NCBI RefSeq assembly: GCF_902652985.1 | Contig: NC_047019.1 | Span: 33,108,001 to 33,172,000, forward strand | Origin: Pecten maximus | Taxonomy: Eukaryota | Reading direction: 5' to 3' | DNA length: 64,000 nt | Part shown: positions 49,658 to 61,193 of the stretch, one piece after another | How the letters are laid out: every line of letters starts with the position of its first letter | How positions within the stretch are numbered: the first letter of the stretch is position 1 | The notes under the pieces: model-generated | Database searches by the model: none | What the model was told of the DNA's origin: nothing | What the model saw: the letters and a program-made list of their open reading frames with translations, nothing else | Made by a program: the position numbers and the translations under genes

Positions 49658-52600
49658 TTACTTTGGAGACAGAGACAGATTATGTATGTGTCGGAGGTTT
49701 GTAAGCCTAGAGAAGGTAGTAGTCCTCCCTCTGACGTCGACACTGACAATGACGTCAGCCACCGTATCGGCCACTCTGAGTACATGATACAAAACACCAT
49801 TGGTCTGGTCAAATCCATTAAATATTGATCCTCCATAGTATCGCTCAAATACACCTGGAACAAGCATACAAAATGTTGTGATACTGCTGCTGGGAAATTC
49901 GTTAAAATAAAAAAGAAACTTAATCCATTGCATAGAGACATTAACGCATTTGTCCTATGTCTGTGCCTACCTGGTGGGGAGATCTGGAAGAGTGGCATCA
50001 CTGTACCTAACACAGGGTCGATCCTAATCAGACTCCATGCTGGCCTCTTCTCGGAGTACGAACCCTCAGGTGCCACAGCATATAAAAAGGCTGTAGATAG
50101 ATATATACAAATATGATTATTGGAGTTCCTACCTTGAGAGTCATACACAACGGGGAGTCATACAAACATTGGAGTCATACACAACATGGAGTCATACACA
50201 ACGGGGAGTCATACACAACGGGGAGTCATACACAACGGAGAGTCATACACAACATGGAGTCATACACAACGGGGAGTCATACACAACGGGGAGTCAAACA
50301 CAACGGGGAGTCATACACAACGGAGAGTCATACACAACATGGAGTCACACACAACGGAGAGTCATACACAACAGGGAGTCATACACAACGGAGAGTCATA
50401 CACAACATGGAGTCATACACAACGGGGAGTCATACACAACGGGGAGTCATACACAACGGAGAGTCATACACAACATGGAGTCACACACAACGGAGAGTCA
50501 TACACAACGGGGAGTCATACACAACGGGGAGTCAAACACAACGGGGAGTCATACACAACAGGGAGTCATACACAACGGGGAGTCATACACAACAGTGTCT
50601 ACCAGAATTAACCTATTATCAACGACATCAATGAACGCTGTGTGGAGAGGGCGAGGGGTGAGAGTGGACAGGGGAGGGGTCGATGGGGGGGGGGGGGGGG
50701 GGGGATGGGTTAGAGGGGGGGGGATAGAGAGGGGGGAGGTAGAGAGGGCATGGGTTCTCCTGTTTCTTATGTCTCCTTTGTTGGCGCTCGGGCACAAGCA
50801 ACATTCATTGGAGCATTGGAATCGAGCATATCTTATTCGAGGTTTCTCCAATTATGTAAGCAAACACTTGAAGAACCCATTTTCTTCAGGCCATGATGTG
50901 CCAGAAGCATGCTATTCATATAATAATAGGCCTTCAGATAAGAAATTGGCTGCAATTTCAACAATCCTCTATTGTAAGATGCATTTATGTCAAAATTAAA
51001 GTCTTCGGTGCTTTATCAAAATTGTGAATTTCATTAAATTACCATGGGCTTCACCTTAACTGAGGTAACCGTTCAGACCATTGTTACTATTAACTCCTGG
51101 TTCGATATAACAGAAGCGGTAAACATCTATGATATAAAACACACCGACAGGTAACACGAATATAACATTTCATTGTCCTTCTTCATCCAATAAAGTGATT
51201 CATCAGTGTTCATGTATTACATTATGTAGTATAATAATACTGTAGTTTGTATACTCGGATGTCCTTTCTGAAGTTAAAGGTAAAGCTTTATTGATGTTAA
51301 CGCGGAAACAGACACCATTAAACGACTAGAATGATATGACTGTATCAGAAATAAGAGTGCTACTCTATACTCACGTGTCTGTGGTCCAGGACGGTAGACG
51401 TGGATCGACATAAACGTGTAGTCTGATTTTTGAACTGGCACCATTTTGATAAAAGATCTGAAGCAAATACAATAAATCATCAATATCCCTCGCCAAATCT
51501 ATTCATATCTTATTTTCTTCAAATGAAGGTCTAGGCAAAGCAAACTTTAAAAGATATGGCAAATACAACAACCATAGCAAAAACGAAGGTTAGTTGGTTC
51601 ATATATCTATCAAAATGCTTCAGGAAGCAAAAATAACAGACATCCGGGCTGATACCTGCCCTATATTTTACAGCCGATTAGATTTACTTTTGTGCCGCCA
51701 AAGGGCTTCTTTTATGTCTAAAATTACAAAGATATTGGATATCTGCTATATTTCATAATTATTTCCAGAAAAATGCGCCAGCTATTCGTATACAGCTTTC
51801 GATTTTATGATAATATATCTGAAAAATAGAGAATAAATGTGGGTGAAACCCCAAAATTTAAATGACGCTTCAGCTGTATTTAATTAACAGTTGTATGAAA
51901 CGAGATTACACGTACTGGTTGAAGAAGTTGTAGACATATATTCTGGCGTCCAAAGTATCGGGGGTATTTTCGTTACCCATCAGAACAAACAACTCTCCCG
52001 AGACTCGGTCCATGCTTGCCCACTGGAAGTTCACGAACAGGTTTTCAGTGTCCGGACTCCTGTAAATCTGTTTGTACACCAAGCCAGTTCCTGGTACGTA
52101 TGTTATCTGACCAAGGATGAAGTGGAATGTGCCTAACACAAAAATAGCAATAATGATAGGCGAGTTAATACCCAATTATGTTAAATGGTCAACCGTTAAA
52201 TCGTGTATGAAATTTAAATTATTTGCATGACATAATTAGAAATTTTAAAACATTTTTAATAACGTTTTTTTAATCTATAGTTAAACGTCATACGGGTAAA
52301 TAAAGTTCACAGGAACAGTTCGGCAACGCAGGATTGTAATATTGGGTACATTGGTAACGGTCAGTCGGTCTGAATCTTAACTTTCATTAAAAAACATTGA
52401 AGTTGAAAACAATTGGTGACTCATCATATCTGGGATCAGATTGGTCGTTGTGACATGTGTTTGACCTACCTGGTTTCTCCTTATTCTCTTGGATGCCAAA
52501 AGAGACGTATGTTCGTGGTTTTACATATTCTAGGGCATTGATTGGGACGCCGTCAAAGCCGTGGAGGGCCGTGGTGAGTTCCAGCTTTCCATTATTTGTG

Positions 52601-55600
52601 AATATCACCATGACTTCACTAGCTACATTATCCATGGAACCACCATGATGATAAATTGTCAGCATTTCCGATTGTGTAGGATTAAGAGCCGCAATGCCAT
52701 CCATAAGAAAATTTGGCTGCTGGAATGCGGCTCGTCTTGAGGAACGTGTTAAGTCAACTCCAATATTAAACTCGTTTAGCGGCTGTACTACTCCTAAGTC
52801 CAATGATACATTGACAAAGTGCAAACGATCCGGTTCAAATTCGTTATAGGCAAGTCCTTGTAGATTAAAAGAAGCATCAGCGTATTCATGCATTGGATAC
52901 TCCATTTGAAGTTCTGTTGCCTTCTGCAGTGTTCTGAAGTTTGGATCAAATGGAGCCGACATCCTGGTTTTGTGGAATGGACCACTGGATTTGGTGATTT
53001 TAACATCAGCACATTGATAGAAAATTGTCTCTCCGGCTTTATGAGATTGATAGCGGGCTCGTATGACGCAGTGGTCACATTGGATGTTTGGTGCCGTCTG
53101 CAAGACAATCCGATTAAAAATATGAAAATAGACACAAGCTGAGACAAAAGCACTTCGCCGAATAAAAATGTTACCTCAGCAGTACTTGTTGTTTTATCAA
53201 TTCGATTATCAAATATCCATTACGACGTAACGACTGTCGTTCTAACTCAGTTAATGATACCCTAACACATACCAACGATACGGAAACCAAACAAATATAA
53301 CAAATATCCATTACGTCGTAACGGCTGTCGTTCTAATTCAGTTAATGATACCCTAACACATACCAACGATACGGAAACCAAACACATATAACAAATATCC
53401 ATTACGCCGTAACGACTGTCGTTCTAATTCAGTTAATGATACCCTAACACATACCAACGATACGGAAACCAAACACATATAAAAAAAGTTATCAATTAAT
53501 TAACCAAATCTTATCAGATATCCTATGTAATCTTATAGGATATATCATCTAAATCATAAGATAATCATATAATAAACAAGATATCTTAGTAGTATCTAAT
53601 TTGGTTCAGGACTGAATCAACATAGCTCCATGGACAACTTGGTTTGCCATACATATTGGTTAAGGCGATTTTATTACACAGAAAAGGAAAGATGATAGCC
53701 TTTAAATCAAATTGGCGTTTGTCGCGAAAATTGGTTGTCATAAGAATATTGTGCTTACTGAAGCTAAATATCAAGAAGGAAAAGGAAATGTTTCACCCTG
53801 CTGTCCTTATACGTTCCAAATGAGTATGGTCCCGCTGGACACATATTTACTTCTGATCTATTATGGCGTGAAGCTACATGAACTTTTCATAACGGATTCA
53901 AAAGAACACACTTTTACTTTGAAGTTAGATGAACAACATGGCCAATAGTCTTTGTTTAGTTATATAGATTACCGGAAATTCCATGAGAACAAATCATGTC
54001 ATTCCATTGGCCGACCTGTTTTCTCTTCTAACGAGGCTGAATCTATTGAAGTCATTCATTTTCTATTTAGAATTTATCTGTGCTTATTTCAAAATTTATT
54101 TACACGGGATGATTATTACCAAGCCTTATAAACTATTTACTAGTAACAAGATAGTAATATCACCATTTCTGTATTAGATACTCAAGGGCTTAATTAAATA
54201 TCACGACTTCAGCTTAGATACTCAAGGGCTTAATTAATCCGTTTAGATACTCAAGGTCTTACTTAGATATCACAACTTCGTTTAGATACTCAAGGGCTTA
54301 ATTAGATATCACAACTTCCGTTTAATAGCACAACTTCCGTTTAGATACTCCAGGGCTGAGTTATATAAAATAGCTTCCGTTAGATACTCAATGGCTCAAT
54401 TAAAAATATTACGACTTCCGTTTAGATACTCCAGGGCTTAACTAGATGTCACAACTTCAGTTTAATATCACAACTTCCGTTTAGATACTCCAGGGCTGAG
54501 TTAGATATAATAGCTTCCGTTAGATACTCAATGGCTTAATTAAAAATATTACGACTTCCGTTTAGATAATCCAGGGCTTAACTAGATATAATGGCTTCAG
54601 ACAAGATAATATAGAGCATACTAGAATGTCACAAGACCTGGGTATTAAATACATAGATGGTGCATATACAGTCAAATTGTCCTAACGAGACACTCAGTAG
54701 AACCAAGCAAAAAGTGTCTTAATAAATAAATGTCTAATATAGAGATTATCAATTTGGACCAAGTAGAGTGGATGTTGTTAAATATGGGCCAAGCTGAAGT
54801 AAATACCAAGTTACGGTCATATTGATATTCAACTCAATTATTATAATGTATTCAGCACATTACATACCATTGTACTTTAGCAATTGAAGTGTAATGTATA
54901 ACTTTAATGTTGTAGACTTACAATGACTGCTGTGTAGTTTTGTTGGTGATCCTGTGCGAAGACGTATTTGTCAGGGACAAACGACAGGAGGGTGAAGTTG
55001 TCACTGTCTACTGGTGCAATGCTGATGTCCATAAACCCTGAAGTAGATATTCGAAATGACTAAAATTTGATCAGACACTACGTGCAATTATGTACTAGTG
55101 GCTAGAACATAGATTAAAACATTAGTCTACAATCGCCATCAAATATAACCAAACACCAACTCAATCATATTATTCCTTCGATTTTAATTGAGGACTTCAA
55201 GCTAGAGATATTATCATAGAAAACAAACTAAGAAAACCTAGCAATCATCGTCTGCACTTAATAGGATAATTTAATAACTAATCTGAAGTTTTCTGATGTT
55301 TTATATGGGTTAGTCGGCTTACAGAAGGTTTTTCATAAAAGACCCAATAAAACTCAGGAATTTTCGGATTATTCTTCGACCTACCTGGGTACCCGACTTC
55401 GTAGTGGTTAAAATTCTGTTGCCATTTTATAAACATTTGTTGCCCTCCCGCAATTATCTGTAGATTGCTGGTCTCTGCTGGCATCCCTCCGCACGGGGCA
55501 CCGTGTCGAAAACATGTGTGGCTTCCCGCCTAGAGAATGTGCATGTAATGAATATTATATTATTTTGTACGATGTAAAGTTAGTTATGTCCTATTTCCAC

Positions 55601-55890
55601 TAGTCTGATTTATATTCTGAGGATGACCTTTATTTGACATATGAAGCAGGGTACCTTTTGATATTCTCCGTTGTATCTAATAAATATGAATTGAATGCTA
55701 AGTCATACGTCAGTGCTTGAGACAGAACGTAATGTATCAAATAGGAGTATTCTTAAAATGTAACGATAAATATTCTTACCGATGTGATGTCCATATCACC
55801 CCGTTGACGCGGTGAGATCAGACATAGGTGAGACTGACAGGTGTTTAGGAGGCACAGTAGTAGTAGCAGCTGGACACACAGCATCTTCAT
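49658..55890 (-). CDS. Secreted protein with an N-terminal His-brace LPMO-like domain and probable C-terminal beta-propeller, 8 exons, ~538 aa
   Basis: Exons in transcript order: 55780-55890, 55385-55529, 54922-55037, 52470-53097, 51916-52132, 51375-51457, 49971-50090, 49658-49854. All introns are GT-AG and phase-consistent; total 1617 nt. Signal peptide MKMLCVQLLLLLCLLNTCQS is followed by HLCLISPRQRG...PCGG...WQQNFNHY...PNIQCDHCVIRARY...IFYQCADVKI. Minus-strand AATAAA at ~49402-49407. The gene model is well supported; the function is inferred. Confidence 0.85.
50137..50593. repeat. 17-bp intronic minisatellite (~27 copies)
   Basis: Unit ggagtcatacacaac(gg/at). Confidence 0.96.
53210..53481. 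repeat. 91-bp tandem repeat x3
   Basis: aaatatccattacg... starts at 53211, 53302 and 53393. Confidence 0.95.
54174..54600. repeat. Degenerate ~40-bp intronic tandem repeat
   Basis: Recurring ttagatactcaagggcttaattagatatcacaacttccgt. Confidence 0.85.
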
Positions 55891-56551
55891 CGTGTAGACT
55901 CAATGTGTATGTACAGGTGTTATAGTAACTGTATTACTATGCCGTACAAGTCATTACCTGAATCACATGATGTACTACATTATATCAACGTTCTTTATCA
56001 GACTTGCCTTGGCCTTATCACGAGACAAGGAGAGGATGACCAGATACCGCCATTACTAGGGCATATATTTAATAACGTCAATATCCAAATATCTCCTTGC
56101 CATGTAATATCATGTGTTATTGATATTAATATTAAACTATAATAACAGACGCTAATCGGCTGTCGCTGCAATACGAACAAAAATAACAATTGGTAAAGTG
56201 CAAATTGCTTATAGATAGGCGAGAATCTATGTTATCAATCTTGTTAGAAAAGTAAAATTAAAAGTAATGGTGGTATCAATAATAACCCAAATATCACCTC
56301 GTATACTGCTCCCCGCCATTAAAGCTAATTTGTTTACTTGCATAGCTACTTCTACATCTCTAGCTAATCCGTACAGTTTTAATGAAAAACCACAGCCTTC
56401 ATTAACACTTGACAGTTTGGTTTTATTTTGTTTTGTTTTGTATGTGAGATGTGTGCGCGCGTGTGTGTATGTTTGTGTGAGGGTGTGTGTGATTAGTCCT
56501 TAAAAGACCCCGGCTGTTAATAGGACTTTAAACAAAATAAACCAAACTAAA

Positions 56552-56890
56552 TCGGGAAACTGTGATACGTATGTTTGTGTTTGTCTCCTTGTGAAAGCGC
56601 GAAACTGATGTCGACATTATAGTGCTACCTCACTGAAGCATGTTGACAAAAACATCAAAAAGAACACCTCATCCGGTCATATACGGGCGAACCAGTCGTC
56701 ACACTCTTGAAATGCTGAACGCTAACCAGGTGTAGCAACTACAATTTTAGAGACTCTGGCACGTCTCGGTCAGGGGACGTAACTCGAACTTCCTCACAGG
56801 GGTGAACACTCAAAAAGGCCAAAAGTGACGTAGTATTATGGGAGGCATTAGGAAGAAGAACGTTGTTAAGAAAGAAGAGAAAAGATTATG
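56552..56890 (-). mobile_element. tRNA-derived SINE (Meta/CORE-like body)
   Basis: The reverse complement contains actggttcgcccg...tgaccgg and cagtgagg.agcactataa blocks, and the sequence is homologous to the 23130-23990 copy. SINE-type tails occur at 56505-56550 and 47100-47140. Confidence 0.6.
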
Positions 56891-57141
56891 GGGAAAACAA
56901 AATAAAACTCATGTCAAAGCATAGTTGTAAGTATTATTGCTAATGAAATGACGCGAATTATTCAAGGAACATTTAAATTACAAACTGTTTTATCAAACAA
57001 CACATACATGACCAATCAAATCTAAATACCATGTATAATATCGTCACACTATAAAGTATATTTTGTGAATAGCATTTTAGTTTTACACCTAACGATTCTA
57101 ATGAAAATCGGTTGCTCAGATCAATCTATCATTTCATAATT

Positions 57142-57655
57142 TACAACTACACAAGCTGGATCTTCTACAACAACCACACAAACTGGATCTTCTACAACAA
57201 CTACACAAACTGGATCTTCTACAACAACTACACAAACTGGATCTTCTACAACAACTACACAAGCGGGATCTTCTACAACAACCACACAAGCTGGATCTTC
57301 TACAACAACCACACAAACTGGATCTTCTACAACAACACACAAGCTGGATCTTCTACAACAACCACACAAACTGGATCTTCTACAACAACCACACAAACTG
57401 GATCTTCTACAACAACACACAAGCTGGATCTTCTACACCAACCACACAAGCTGGATCTTCTACAACAACACACAAGCGGGATCTTCTACAACAACCACAC
57501 AAACTGGATCTTCTACAACAACCACACAAGCTGGATCTTCTACAACAACCACACAAACTGGATCTTCTACAACAACAACAACACAAACTGGATCTTCTAC
57601 AACAACTACACAAACTGGATCTTCTACAACAACAACAACACAAACTGGATCTTCT
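57142..57655. repeat. ~27-bp minisatellite (~19 copies)
   Basis: Unit acacaaactggatcttctacaacaacc. Confidence 0.96.
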
Positions 57656-58922
57656 CATCCAAACAATCAATGGTATGTCACATCTTGCAATCAACCAAAC
57701 ACACAAGGAGTGTTTTGGACGATTCGTTCTGATCGATTTGGGAAGAATTTCAAATGTTCATTGGTTATTCTCTGAAGATAAGGCATCATTTATAATAACT
57801 GTATAGCAATTTCCAAAACCAACCGACAATGTTTTATGAATACAATATGAATGTCATACAAACGTTTGGCAGTTTACATTGACATAGCGCCGCCATCTTT
57901 ATTCTTCCTTACTGTAGAGATGGTATGACATTCCTGTTCTGCAAATGTTCTGTACTTCTGTACTCGATGCTATGGCGACAATGTGGCAGTGTTGTTTTTA
58001 ATGTTTCATTGACATATATTATATATCATTATGTTATATGCACAACGTATGTGTAACGTTTGTTATTTTTATATACCTGTTCTTGTACTCGTCCAACCGG
58101 TTTGTCTTGTCCACGTGTCTTAGCTATTTGTTACCTGTGTTATGTGTTGTCCTTGTCACGTGATTGCATGTTCGTACGTGCACCTGTACGTATCTCGCAC
58201 CGTCACTCGCGCACTGGACAGCGAACTATACAGACCTCTAATATAGATTTTGATTACAATGCTAACGACAGATTTGAAACAGGACTTGTTGAAAAGTAAG
58301 TGTCTGGAACGTTATTAGTTTTTGGTTTAATTTCTAAATGTATGTTACCTTGATTCAAAGTAATCTTTATAGATTATTTGGAATATTGATATAAGTTAAA
58401 AATCTTTAATTTGGTAAACGTATTATCGGGCGTGGTTCCCGTTTTGCTATTACGGAAACTGTCATTAATGAATAATTTTATAAGTCGTTTGTTAAATATC
58501 ATATTTAGTTTTGTTGCTTCATTTTTTCAACAGAACCATAATATGTAGCAGAAAACTATTTGTCGCTGTATGTGTCTAAAGACCCCTGTCAGAGTGAAAG
58601 GTAGGTACGATTGTATTTTTAATACTTGTTATTTTTCTCACTCTAATATATTAATGAATTCTGTCATTTATCATGTCAACTGGTTTATAATGTAATCAAG
58701 TTCGTAATGTTACTTATAACCGTTACGGGTGGTACATTTTATGTAAGTTCAGTATATGTCCAGTGTAATGTATAGCGTTGATCTTTTATCATGTATCGTA
58801 GTATTCTTATGTTTTATTTATGTTATAACAGGGTCTTCTTCTGTTGTTCCCGTCGAATAAAGGGATTGAACCGAGAATCGGATCTGTGATGTTTTCATGT
58901 AGCATTGAACCCGGCTACATTT

Positions 58923-58940
58923 TGGCGCCCATGTAGGGAC
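58923..58940 (+). promoter_or_regulatory. Primer-binding site, tRNA-Lys-like
   Basis: TGGCGCCCATGTAGGGAC versus the canonical Lys PBS TGGCGCCCGAACAGGGAC (14/18 match), 3 nt after ...CTACA. Confidence 0.7.
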
Positions 58941-60074
58941 ACACATGCACGATTCAGGATGTTCCCGCCAAATTTCGGAGCCTCGCTCTCGCATTGGATC
59001 ATCGTCTGTGTGTCCTTGACCTGCGAGGTCAGCAACTAGAGCTTCCGGTACAGCTTCCGGTACAGAACGTGTTGTGATTATTCGTCGAGTGATATGTGTG
59101 TATGCTGTTTTGGAACTTGACACAGGTAAATTTCATCTGTGTTCTCAGTAACGACCATGTCGTGGCTGAAAGAACTGTAGCTGTCATGAGTGTTTCGTGT
59201 TCCATAGACTTTTACTCATGAACTTTTGTACTTTCGTTTTGCTGATGTGAATTCGCGTTCTGACTTTTATAACAATTTCATTGTGATATTTTCTTGTAGA
59301 CCAATATATGTTTAATAGTTTAATCATATGTGAACTTTGAATTTTAGGAAGTTGAGTAATTTCTGTTTTTTTTTTCTCACTTGATTTATTTCCGGTTTTG
59401 TATTACTTTACATTGGTTTTTTTTTAAACTTTATTTTGGCACTGATTTTTGGGTTTTGATAAATTGGTTAATTTGATTGCATTTATTCCTGGGTTTTTTT
59501 CAGTATCATTTTATCATTTACTTGGTATCTGCCGTCTATGGTTCTAACTTATTTTTGGTAGTATAGATCCATTGATTAACTCGTCTATTTTTTTTCTTTT
59601 TTTTTTCTTTGATTATTTTTATTTTTTTCTTATGTAATTTATTTTTCATACTTAACTTTTTTTTTTTGACCTAATCTACGGTGACTAGACCCAACAGTTA
59701 CAGATATTTGTGACATATCTATGTTTCACATTGCACTTTTATGTTATACATGTTGCATGTTATACGTTTGTGTTGACTTTGTTGAGTCAGTGTTTTGTAT
59801 TATTTCTTGTGTATCATCCGTTTTTTTACAGCAATTTGATAATTTGGATATCCTTGAGGACTGAGTCAGGTAAACACCCAGTGGTCAATATATATATACA
59901 AATCAGTTACTTTTGGTATTGCATATTATCTATTCACAGCTGGTGTCCAATTTAGTACAAATGTACTGGTAGGTTGGTAACTTGACCCATATGTTTATAA
60001 GATCGTGTTTATTTCCAGGTTTACTGTTTGCAATCATACTTTTAGTTTGTCATTTATTAATTGGTTTGTTCAGC

Positions 60075-61193
60075 ATGTCACTGGAAAAAGCATTTCCGGG
60101 TAAGTCATTTTCAAACCAGGATATTGAGATCATTACAAGTACTCTGTTAGCCATGGGTTATAAGCCACAGGAGGGTCATCTGAAGTCTGAAGAACTTCGT
60201 TCATGGATAAAGTCCAAAGGAGATGGTACCTCCAACTCTGATGTGAAGCGTGAGCCAGAAGATGGAGCTTGTGCTTTGCCAATTCCCAAGGTAACAGTTA
60301 CTCCACCCGTTAGGATTTCTACCTTCTCTGGGGAGGAAAAAGACACGTCCTACGATTTGTGGAAACACGAAGTAGAGTCCTTACTGCTTTCTCATGGGGA
60401 AGATCTTGTGGCCCACGCACTTAGAAGATCACTGAAGGGAAGAGCTGGAACAGTGGTAATGCATCTTGGGTTGACAGTCTCTGTGAGGGATATCCTTACT
60501 AAGATGGACAGCATCTTCGGCACCGTTGAGAAGGGAGAGGCACTGTTGGCCCAATTTTATAGTGCACGCCAGAAGGAGGGCGAGGACGTTGCATCCTGGA
60601 GTTGCAGGTAGGAAGATATATTGAACAAGGCTGTGAAGAGGAGAGAAGTAGCACATACAGGAGATATGCTGCGGACCATGTTCTGGACGGGTTTGAGGAG
60701 GGATTTGAAGGACATAACCGGACACAAGTATGATGCTATACAGAATTTTGATCACCTGGTAATAGCAGTACGCCAGGTAGAGCAAGACCTCAAGAAAAGA
60801 GAAGAGGAAACCCAGAAGACTCCTCAAACAGAAGCATTGAAGAAGCCCAATCCATCTTGCATGGTAACTCCCAGTGTTGAAGCATCAGATGATATCAAGG
60901 AGATGAAAGGCATGATCAAACAGCTGACTACTGATATGGCTAAGATGAAAAAGACTACGAAGCAGTTTCAGAAGTTCAGCTCAAAGCCTGGAGCTACTAA
61001 GTCTTGGTCAAGCCAACAGGAACAACCTCAACAGCGACAACACTTTAACAGTCAACAGTCTGAATCAACACAACCCCATGCCGATGGCCCGCTGTGTTGG
61101 CGCTGTGGACAGAGAGGTCATATCAAGCTTGGATGTCGTGTCAGGATCGACCATTTAAACGCACAGAAGCCTATGAAGAAGGGCAGTTCGTAG
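60075..61193 (+). pseudogene. PNMA-like gag with an in-frame premature stop
   Basis: RISTFSGE...SYDLWKHEV...LRRSLKGRA...FYSARQKEGE, TAG at 60609-60611 in a CR*EDIL context, and CCHC knuckle CWRCGQRGHIKLGC. Confidence 0.85.

Noticed and set aside
50133-50627. Apparent extra exon (FIDVVDNRLILVDTVVYDS...) containing the 17-bp repeat in the LPMO-like gene
   Set aside because: The repeat introduces a stop (TGA) in the third unit and would leave a 42-nt intron. Exon 51375-51457 joins 49971-50090 in phase without it.
32626-57732. Repetitive ORFs in the track (LLYRNTV, YTKIPKL, ESYTTGSH, WIFYNN, CCRRSSL, SLSNPVKCQV)
   Set aside because: They are translations of minisatellites, open in several frames or strands, without splice or homology support.
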